The position numbers and the translations under genes are program-made. Shown piece by piece: positions 47,655 to 55,232 of a stretch of DNA of 60,802 bases (position 1 is the stretch's first letter; the number at the start of each line of letters is the position of its first letter). The notes under the pieces were generated by a model. That model was not told the DNA's origin and did not search any database. It was given only the letters and a program-made list of their open reading frames with translations. Source of the stretch: an uncultured Bacteroidota bacterium (GTDB lineage Bacteria > Bacteroidota > Bacteroidia > Flavobacteriales > Flavobacteriaceae); NCBI GenBank assembly GCA_903889745.1, contig CAISYO010000327.1:1-60802 (forward strand), read 5' to 3'.

Positions 47655-48333
47655 ATTCGTAATTTCTATTCGCTAATGCTGATTTGGCATCTTGAAATTT
47701 TTTAGTTAGTTTTTCTAAAGTTGTTTCTTTGTGATTTTCGTCTAACTCTTTTTCAACGGTAGATAATAAACTAGCGGCATCTATTTTAATTTTAGATTTA
47801 ACACTATTTTTTTTATTCGATGGAATTTCTTTTTGATTGACTGGAACTTCAACTAACAATTTTTCGGGTGATGGATGCTGGAAGCTGGGAGTTGGAAGCT
47901 GGGAGTTGGGAGTATTATTTCCTTCCAAAATATGTTCCTTCTTTAGCAATTCCTTACTTCCTTCTGATTTTTTATTTGTTTGTGTGGTTGAAAAATTATT
48001 TTCATTTTGAACTAAAATGGGTTGCTCTTTTTCGACTGAAATTTGATTTATTTTATTCGCGTCAATTGAATCAATATCTTCATCAACTGTGGTTAAAACT
48101 GGAATTGAATTATTAATTTTTGGCTCTTCATTTTGATTGAAGATAAAAAATCCCAATCCGAAAAAAAATACTACAGAAGCAGCTGCAAAAAACCATCCAT
48201 AGCCATTTTTTGATTTTTTATTTTCAGAAACCGTTAGCATCGCATCTAATCGATCCCATGCCTGTAAAGAGGGTTGAATTTCTCGAGTATTCAACTTTGA
48301 TTTGATTTGACTATCTAAATTATGTTGTGCCAT
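47653..48333 (-). CDS. Single-pass membrane protein, putative anti-sigma factor
   Basis: Overlaps the ECF sigma stop; PS..AWDRL..ML N-domain followed by a TM helix (WFFAAASVV). Confidence 0.65.
   Translation of the reverse strand: MAQHNLDSQIKSKLNTREIQPSLQAWDRLDAMLTVSENKKSKNGYGWFFAAASVVFFFGLGFFIFNQNEEPKINNSIPVLTTVDEDIDSIDANKINQISVEKEQPILVQNENNFSTTQTNKKSEGSKELLKKEHILEGNNTPNSQLPTPSFQHPSPEKLLVEVPVNQKEIPSNKKNSVKSKIKIDAASLLSTVEKELDENHKETTLEKLTKKFQDAKSALANRNYE
47866..47914. repeat. In-frame array of seven heptamers in the putative anti-sigma gene
   Basis: GGGTGAT GGATGCT GGAAGCT GGGAGTT GGAAGCT GGGAGTT GGGAGTA encodes TPNSQLPTPSFQHPSP. Confidence 0.85.
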
Positions 48334-48889
48334 TTAGCTTGTTTTTTAAATCTATAATTTGTTGTTGTAATAACTTTCTTGCATGAGATAATTGCGATTT
48401 TGAGGTGCCTTCGCTTATGTTAAGCATTTCAGCTATTTCTTGATGCTTATAGCCTTCAATAGCATATAAATTAAACACCATTTTGTAACCGTTAGGCAAA
48501 TTGTCAATCATATTTTGAATGTCGTCCGCCGAAAAATCTTCCATTTCATATACCGATTCATTTTCGTTTACTCTTATATCTTCTATATCTTGGTGATTGA
48601 AATTGTTCTTTTTCACCCGAAGATAATCGATACATTCATAAATCATAATGCGACGTATCCAACCCTCAAAACTGCCTTTATGTTCAAACTTATTTAAATG
48701 AGTAAACACTTTCATAAATCCGGTAATCATAACATCCTCTGCATGATGAAGGTCATTAATGTATTGCCTGCACACACTTAACATCTGTGAAGAAAATTTG
48801 GTATAAATTTGCTGCTGGGCTTGTCGATTATGATCAACTGCCAGTGCAATAAGTTTTTTTTCTTCTTGGTGTAAGGGAATTACCTTCAT
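48320..48889 (-). CDS. ECF RNA polymerase sigma-70 factor
   Basis: Region 2 (AEDV..F..GSFEGWIRRI) and region 4 (LP.GY..VFNLYAIEGYKHQEIA..GTSKSQL); start placed at ATG 48889. Confidence 0.94.
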   Translation of the reverse strand: MKVIPLHQEEKKLIALAVDHNRQAQQQIYTKFSSQMLSVCRQYINDLHHAEDVMITGFMKVFTHLNKFEHKGSFEGWIRRIMIYECIDYLRVKKNNFNHQDIEDIRVNENESVYEMEDFSADDIQNMIDNLPNGYKMVFNLYAIEGYKHQEIAEMLNISEGTSKSQLSHARKLLQQQIIDLKNKLNGTT

Positions 48890-48976
48890 ATTCAAGTTCA
48901 ATGTCAACTGTAAAATCAAATAACTGAATTTAATTTTACAGTTGCGCTTTTTATTGAATTATTACTTCTACTAATA

Positions 48977-49003
48977 TAGACGAGAACGAAGTAAAAAAGG
49001 TTG
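48977..49003 (-). promoter_or_regulatory. ECF-type promoter upstream of the sigma gene
   Basis: Minus strand CAAC-N17-CGTCTA matches the AAC/CGT ECF consensus. Confidence 0.6.
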
Positions 49004-49015
49004 TATGAAAAGAAA

Positions 49016-49780
49016 TTAATTTGAATTTCTTTTCTTAATATAACTTTTAGGTGAAATATTAGTGTATTCTTTAAAGCTAATTGAAAAATAAGATAACGAG
49101 TTAAAACCACAAGCATCGGCTAGCTGTTGCACGTTTGTTTCTCCGGCTTCAATCATTCGAATTGCATATTCAATTCTGAATTCTCTTACATAAGTAGTCG
49201 TATTCATTTGTTTATCTCTTCTGATTTTTTTATCTAAAGCCGATTTACTAATGAATAATTCAGTAGCTATTTTTTCAATCGTAAGATTTGACTTAATATT
49301 ACTTAAAATAATATCATTTAATCTTTCGAAGAAATTTTTATTTTTAAGCTTGATTGTTACCTTAGAAAATGGATCTTGAGTATTTCGTTTAATCAAGGTA
49401 TTTTTATATTGAAGAAAATTCTTTACTTTTAAAATAAGCTCTTGAATTTTAAACGGCTTGTTAATAAAATCATTAACGCCATTTTCAAGCTGTTTTAACT
49501 TCATTTCGAAAGTCATATTGGCAGTGATGATCAAAAATGGAATTTCATCATATTTCTTATGCTTTCTAATTTTTAGAAACAATTCTTCGCCAGTCATAAT
49601 TGGCATCATCAAGTCACAAACTATGATGTCTGGCATTTTTTTTTCTAAATAATGATACCCTTCGAGCCCGTTTTGGCACCATTTAACTTCATATCCATTA
49701 AATTGTAACAATTCGGTAACTGTTTGTCCTAATGAAATATCATCTTCAATTAATAGTATTATTGGTGTTTTTGTCTTCAT
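49016..49780 (-). CDS. Response regulator with receiver and AraC-type HTH domains
   Basis: IEDD, CDLMMP (phospho-Asp), ITA, KPF; C-terminal CGFNSLSYFS..FK....SP. Confidence 0.9.
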   Translation of the reverse strand: MKTKTPIILLIEDDISLGQTVTELLQFNGYEVKWCQNGLEGYHYLEKKMPDIIVCDLMMPIMTGEELFLKIRKHKKYDEIPFLIITANMTFEMKLKQLENGVNDFINKPFKIQELILKVKNFLQYKNTLIKRNTQDPFSKVTIKLKNKNFFERLNDIILSNIKSNLTIEKIATELFISKSALDKKIRRDKQMNTTTYVREFRIEYAIRMIEAGETNVQQLADACGFNSLSYFSISFKEYTNISPKSYIKKRNSN

Positions 49781-49811
49781 AATGTAAAATTAGTTTTTTA
49801 TTTTTTAAATC

Positions 49812-50417
49812 ATGCATAATTTATTTTTATTTTTTAACACACAAAAAGAAGATGTGAAAACAATTACTTCAAGAATAACATCTGAAGTAGACCGTATGAC
49901 CGAATTAATGAATAATATTCTGATTTTTGGCGAAAACGAATCAAATAATTTAAAAATTGATATCAAAAAACTTTTCTTTACTGATTTTATTGAAAAATTA
50001 ATCGAAACCTATTATAATAATGAAAAAGACGGTCGAAAATTAATGCTTGAATTTATTGGAACTGAAAGAGAAATTGAATCAGATGAGCGTTTATTAATTC
50101 ATATTTTGACCAATTTAATTTCGAATGCCTTCAAATATTCTAAAGACTGTGCTAATCCAAAGTTAAAAATTAACTTTATGGAAAACAGTTATAAAATTGA
50201 AGTTATTGATTATGGTATCGGGATTTTACCTGATGAAAATAAACATTTGTTTAAATCATTTTTTAGAGGAAGTAATACCGCAAATATAAAAGGCTCAGGA
50301 CTTGGACTTATTGTAGCAAAACAATTTACAGAATTATTGAATGGAAATATAGCCATTAATAGTTCGTCCGAAAATACAATTGTAGTATTAGAATTTCCGT
50401 ATTATCAGAAAAAATAA
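49812..50417 (+). pseudogene. Truncated sensor histidine kinase (second HisKA helix plus HATPase_c only)
   Basis: N box NLISNAFKYS, DYGIGI, FFRG, GSGLGL present; no H box and no sensor domain; no room upstream. Confidence 0.6.
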
Positions 50418-50421
50418 AAAT

Positions 50422-51402
50422 TTACTTTTTTCTTTCAATTACATAATTCACCATCAATTCGAGCGCACTTTTATATTCAGATTCTGGAAATTCTTGAAGT
50501 ATCAATAGAGCTTCTTGATGAAATTCAAGCATTTTTTGTTCTGCATAAGTTAATCCATTATTATCTTTAACAAACTGAATTACAGCAAAAACACGCTTCT
50601 TATCTTTATTGTGATTTTTAATTGAATTAATGAGCCAGCTTTTCTCTTTTGGGGTACAATGATTTAAAGTATAAATCAAAGGCAATGTCATTTTTTGTTC
50701 TTTAATGTCAATTCCGGTAGGTTTACCAATAGCATCATCGGTATAATCAAATAAATCATCTTTAATTTGAAAAGCCATTCCAATAAGTTCGCCAAATTTT
50801 CTCATTTTCTCCACAACTTCATGATCATTTGGAGCCACTGAACATGCACCAAGCGAACAACATGCTGCAATTAATGTAGCCGTTTTTTGTCGAATGATTT
50901 CATAATATATAGCTTCGGTGATATCTAATCTTCGTGCTTTTTCAATTTGAAGTAATTCACCTTCACTCATTTCGCGCACAGCGATTGAAATAATTTTTAA
51001 TAAATCAAAATCATTATGATCAATTGATAGTAATAACCCTTTTGACAATAAATAATCACCAACTAAAACCGCTATTTTATTTTTCCAAAGAGCATTTATT
51101 GAAAAAAAACTACGGCGTTTATTGCTGTCATCAACCACATCATCATGAACTAAAGTTGCCGTATGAATCAATTCAATTACTGATGCTCCGCGATACGTTC
51201 GCTCGTTAACCTTTCCATCAGCAATCATTTTAGCGGTTAAGAAAACAAACATCGGTCGCATTTGTTTTCCCTTTCGGTTAACAATATAATGGGTTATTCT
51301 ATTTAACAAAGCCACTTTAGAAGACATTGCCTCACGGAATTTTTCTTCAAAAAGTTCCATTTCTTGAGCAATTGGCAGCTTTATTTGTTCGGTTATTTTC
51401 AT
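50422..51402 (-). CDS. Long-chain polyprenyl diphosphate synthase (IspB-like)
   Basis: GKQMRP, HDDVVD and KDDLFD Asp-rich motifs, GKP.G.D. Confidence 0.93.
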   Translation of the reverse strand: MKITEQIKLPIAQEMELFEEKFREAMSSKVALLNRITHYIVNRKGKQMRPMFVFLTAKMIADGKVNERTYRGASVIELIHTATLVHDDVVDDSNKRRSFFSINALWKNKIAVLVGDYLLSKGLLLSIDHNDFDLLKIISIAVREMSEGELLQIEKARRLDITEAIYYEIIRQKTATLIAACCSLGACSVAPNDHEVVEKMRKFGELIGMAFQIKDDLFDYTDDAIGKPTGIDIKEQKMTLPLIYTLNHCTPKEKSWLINSIKNHNKDKKRVFAVIQFVKDNNGLTYAEQKMLEFHQEALLILQEFPESEYKSALELMVNYVIERKK

Positions 51403-51503
51403 CCATACAAAGATACCATTCTAAAAATGAATAGAAAAATATTTTATGATTAAACCATTTTTGTATATTTGAGTCTAAATTTCAGAACATTAAACCAAAA
51501 AAT

Positions 51504-52397
51504 ATGAAAAATTTATTAAAATTATCAGCTGTATTTTTGCTTTTAATAACTTATTCAAGTTGTGATAAAGACAATACTAATGACATGACATCGGCTCAAT
51601 TAACTTCTGACGATGCCATAGTGAACTCTAAAATTGATCTTGCAAATGATGATATTGCAACTATTGCCGATCAATTATTTGATAATATTGACGCTACAAC
51701 TTTAAACTATAGAGCTATTGAAAACAATGCTACTATTTTTTCAAATTGTGCTACAATTACTAGAGTACCAGCTTTTGGAACCACACCTACTCCTGGAACT
51801 CAAGTGACAAAGACTGTAGATTTTGGTACAACTGGTTGTACATTAAATAATGGCAATGTAGTAAGAGGAAAAATCATTATCACGTTTGTTTATCAGCCAA
51901 ATGCAACTTCGCATACTGTAACCTATACTTTTGATAATTTTTACCACAACAACATAAAATTTGTTGGAACAAAAACCTTTACTCGTTCAAGAACTACTGC
52001 AACCGCTACTTCGCCTTCACACCCAATTGTAGTGATGCAATTAGAAATGACGATTACAATGCCAAATGGTGATGTATACACACGTGTAGGATCTAGAACT
52101 AGAGAGTTGGTAGAAGGATTTAATACAGAAAATATATTTTTAGATAATATTTACCGAATTACTGGTAGTTGGACAACAACGAATCAAAATGGAAACCAAC
52201 ACACTGCAACAATTACTGAACCATTAATGGCAAAAATGAGTTGTATTGCTGTAAATAAACCTATTTTAGCTAGAGGAATTATTACATTCGTAAGAAACAA
52301 TGTAACTTCTACTTTAAATTATGGAAATGGTGAGTGTGATAATTTAGCCGTTTTCACAATAAATGGAGTTTCTTTCACCATTGTTATTGGAAATTAA
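51504..52397 (+). CDS. Hypothetical lipoprotein (Thr-rich, beta-rich)
   Basis: Signal peptide ending YSSC followed by DKDN; VDFG...C...G..RGKI and YGNGECD motifs. Confidence 0.75.
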   Translation: MKNLLKLSAVFLLLITYSSCDKDNTNDMTSAQLTSDDAIVNSKIDLANDDIATIADQLFDNIDATTLNYRAIENNATIFSNCATITRVPAFGTTPTPGTQVTKTVDFGTTGCTLNNGNVVRGKIIITFVYQPNATSHTVTYTFDNFYHNNIKFVGTKTFTRSRTTATATSPSHPIVVMQLEMTITMPNGDVYTRVGSRTRELVEGFNTENIFLDNIYRITGSWTTTNQNGNQHTATITEPLMAKMSCIAVNKPILARGIITFVRNNVTSTLNYGNGECDNLAVFTINGVSFTIVIGN

Positions 52398-52413
52398 CTA
52401 AATAAAAGCAATT

Positions 52414-52446
52414 AAAAAAGGGCTTAGTTAACTAAGCCCTTTTTTT
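52414..52446. terminator. Bidirectional terminator
   Basis: Perfect palindrome AAAAAAGGGCTTAGTTAACTAAGCCCTTTTTT between convergent genes. Confidence 0.85.
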
Positions 52447-53485
52447 ATGATTTATTGGCTAACTGACCGCATGCAGCATCGATATCTTTACCGCGACTTC
52501 TTCTTACTTTTGCAACTATATTATTTTTTGCTAAAGCAGTTATGTAAGCATTAGTTGCTTCTTCAGAAGCTTGTTGAAAAATTCCGTCGTCTATTGGGTT
52601 GTACTCAATTAGATTAACTTTACAAGGTACATATTTACAGAATTTAACTAAAGCGTCAATCGATCTTTTGTCATCGTTTATACCTTTCCAAACTACATAT
52701 TCATAAGTAATTTTGCTTTTGGTTTTTCGGTACCAATATTCCAAACTTTCTCTTAAATCGGTCAACGGAAAATTCTTGGTAAAAGGCATAATTTCATTTC
52801 TAATTTCCTCCACTGCCGAATGTAATGAAACCGCTAATTTGAATTTTACCTCATCATCAGCCATTTTTTTAATCATCTTTGGAATTCCAGAAGTAGAAAC
52901 GGTAATTCGTTTTGGCGACATTCCTAAACCTTCAGTAGAGGTAATCATATCAATGGCTTTCATGACGTTTGGATAGTTCATCAAAGGTTCGCCCATTCCC
53001 ATAAAAACAATATTTGACAAAGGACGATCATAATACAAACGACTTTCATTATCAATAGCTGCCACTTGATCATAGATTTCTCCTGGTTCTAAATTTCGCA
53101 TTCTTTTTAATCGAGCAGTAGCGCAAAAATTACAATCTAAACTGCAACCCACTTGCGAAGAAACACAAGCTGTGGTTCTAGTTTCTGTAGGAATTAAAAC
53201 CGATTCTACAATTAAATCATCGTGCAACCGAACGGCATTTTTAACTGTTCCATCTTCGCTTCGCTGAATTGTATCTACTTTAATGTGATTGATGACAAAG
53301 TTAGCTTCTAAAACGGCACGCGTTTCTTTTGACACATTGGTCATGTCTTCAAAAGTATGAGCGCGCTTTTGCCATAACCATTCGTAAACTTGATTGCCAC
53401 GAAACGCTTTATCGCCATTTGTAACAAAAAAATTACGCAATTGTTCTTTTGTAAGTGCTCGTATGTCCTTTTTCTCGATTTGCAT
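52445..53485 (-). CDS. rlmN: 23S rRNA/tRNA m2A radical SAM methyltransferase
   Basis: CVSSQVGC...C.FC, MGMGEP, SLH, DIDAACGQL. Confidence 0.97.
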   Translation of the reverse strand: MQIEKKDIRALTKEQLRNFFVTNGDKAFRGNQVYEWLWQKRAHTFEDMTNVSKETRAVLEANFVINHIKVDTIQRSEDGTVKNAVRLHDDLIVESVLIPTETRTTACVSSQVGCSLDCNFCATARLKRMRNLEPGEIYDQVAAIDNESRLYYDRPLSNIVFMGMGEPLMNYPNVMKAIDMITSTEGLGMSPKRITVSTSGIPKMIKKMADDEVKFKLAVSLHSAVEEIRNEIMPFTKNFPLTDLRESLEYWYRKTKSKITYEYVVWKGINDDKRSIDALVKFCKYVPCKVNLIEYNPIDDGIFQQASEEATNAYITALAKNNIVAKVRRSRGKDIDAACGQLANKS

Positions 53486-53489
53486 AGTG

Positions 53490-53558
53490 CAAAAGTAATG
53501 ATTTTAGAAATTAGAATTCAGAAATTAGAAATTAGAAGGATTGGAATTTGTATTTTTG
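53490..53558. promoter_or_regulatory. Divergent -7 boxes for rlmN and the O-methyltransferase
   Basis: TACTTTTG on minus (53497-53490) and TATTTTTG on plus (53551-53558). Confidence 0.5.
53504..53538. repeat. Heptamer array (TTAGAAA-like x5)
   Basis: TTAGAAA TTAGAAT TCAGAAA TTAGAAA TTAGAAG. Confidence 0.75.
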
Positions 53559-53577
53559 TTTAAAATTTGATTTCATT

Positions 53578-54219
53578 ATGCACTTTATATCCGAAGATTT
53601 AGAAGATTATGTAGCAAATCATTCAGAAAATGAACCTGAATTGCTAGCTCAACTGAATAAAGAAACCCATCAGAAAATTCTACAACCTAGAATGCTAAGT
53701 GGTCATTTTCAAGGAAGGGTATTAAGTATGCTTTCAAAAATCATTAGACCTACACATATTCTTGAAATTGGAACTTATACAGGTTATGCTGCATTGTGCT
53801 TAGCCGAAGGTTTGCCCGAAAACGGCACTTTAGATACTATTGATATCGAGGAAGAATTAGTTGATTTTCAGAAAAAATATTTTGACGTTTCACCTTGGAA
53901 AAACCAAATTATTCAGCATTTAGGCGATGCCATTGATATTATACCCACTTTGAACAAAAAATTTGATTTGGTATTTATTGATGCTGATAAAGAAAATTAT
54001 GTAAACTATTTTCATTTGATTGTTCCAATGATGAACAAAGGTGGTATTATCTTATCGGATAATGTATTATGGAGCGGAAAAGTATTGGAAGAAGTAAAGG
54101 CTAACGATACTAGTACGCAAGTTTTACTCGATTACAATAAGCTTTTAAAAGAAGACCCAAGAGTAGAAACTGTTTTACTTCCTATTCGAGATGGCTTAAC
54201 AGTTAGTAGGGTTTTGTAG
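53578..54219 (+). CDS. O-methyltransferase (caffeoyl-CoA/catechol OMT-like)
   Basis: LEIGTYTGY, FIDADK, DNVLWSG, PIRDG; start placed at ATG 53578. Confidence 0.92.
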   Translation: MHFISEDLEDYVANHSENEPELLAQLNKETHQKILQPRMLSGHFQGRVLSMLSKIIRPTHILEIGTYTGYAALCLAEGLPENGTLDTIDIEEELVDFQKKYFDVSPWKNQIIQHLGDAIDIIPTLNKKFDLVFIDADKENYVNYFHLIVPMMNKGGIILSDNVLWSGKVLEEVKANDTSTQVLLDYNKLLKEDPRVETVLLPIRDGLTVSRVL

Positions 54220-54235
54220 TTTTCTGTTTTTTTGA

Positions 54236-54793
54236 TTACCAATTATATTTTTTGGAAAAATGGTTATAGATTTTGTAACATCCAAAACCAAAAGTTCCTC
54301 CAAATAAATACCCAGTTAAAATATCGCCAGGAAAGTGTAATCCAAGATAAATTCTACTGTAAGCAAATATCAGCGGAAAAAAGAATAACAAATAAGTGTG
54401 TTTGTAATATTTTCTTATGATTAAAAAAACAAAAGTTGTTGTTGCCATTGAATTAGAAGCATGACCTGAAAAAAAACTAAAAGTGTCGCTATCTTTTACT
54501 ACTCTTATTAAACTCGCTAAAGTAGCGTCATTACAAGGGCGAATGCGTTGAAAATGATTTTTAAATAAATTGGTAGTTTGATCTGTAAACGTAATTAAAA
54601 CAGCAATAAACAACACAATAATACCTAAATTTTTCCAACCTAGTTTTCGTTGTAACATATAGAAAACGGCTATAAAAAATGGGGTCCAGTGCAATTGTTT
54701 AGTAATAATTAGCCAAAAAGCATCAAACGGTTTACTCCCTAAATTGTTCAAAAAAACAAATAGTTCTTTATCTAAGTGTATTAATTCTTCCAA
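54236..54793 (-). CDS. PAP2 family membrane phosphatase
   Basis: K......RP, SFFSGH, SRIYLGLHFPGD. Confidence 0.92.
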   Translation of the reverse strand: MEELIHLDKELFVFLNNLGSKPFDAFWLIITKQLHWTPFFIAVFYMLQRKLGWKNLGIIVLFIAVLITFTDQTTNLFKNHFQRIRPCNDATLASLIRVVKDSDTFSFFSGHASNSMATTTFVFLIIRKYYKHTYLLFFFPLIFAYSRIYLGLHFPGDILTGYLFGGTFGFGCYKIYNHFSKKYNW

Positions 54794-54795
54794 AA

Positions 54796-55140
54796 TTATA
54801 ATTGTCTTTTAATTGGTCCTGATAAATCTTCAATGTTTTCTTTTAGTTCTTCAACTGGTTTTTGAAGTCCTAAATCAATATTTTCGATAGGGTTTGTTAT
54901 TTGTGATATGCCTGATTTTGCTTTATTAATCTCTTCGGAAATTCCTCCAGTAATTGAATCTATATCCATTCCGTTATCTCGTGCTCCTTTTTGAATTTCA
55001 TTTTTAATTTCATTAGTTGCGTTTTTTAACTGCGCCATGGTTTTACCTAAAAAACGTGCAATATCTGGAATCTCTTTGGATCCAAATAACATAAGTACAA
55101 CTATTAGAATCAACAACAATTCTCCTATTCCATCAAACAT
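54796..55140 (-). CDS. tatA: Twin-arginine translocase TatA/TatB family subunit
   Basis: ELLLIL.VVLMLFG..IP.IAR.LGK TM helix plus amphipathic helix. Confidence 0.8.
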   Translation of the reverse strand: MFDGIGELLLILIVVLMLFGSKEIPDIARFLGKTMAQLKNATNEIKNEIQKGARDNGMDIDSITGGISEEINKAKSGISQITNPIENIDLGLQKPVEELKENIEDLSGPIKRQL

Positions 55141-55197
55141 AAAAATCTATTTAGTAGGCAAATTTACAAAGAAATACGCATATTTTTTGATACATTT

Positions 55198-55226
55198 AAA
55201 AAAAGGCTATCCGAAGATAGCCTTTT
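55198..55226 (-). terminator. Intrinsic terminator after the M1 peptidase
   Basis: AAAAGGCTATC-CGAA-GATAGCCTTTT. Confidence 0.8.
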
Positions 55227-55232
55227 AAAAAT

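Noticed and set aside
416-53538. Repeat arrays as CRISPR
   Set aside because: Units are about 7 bp with no unique spacers, and there are no cas genes.
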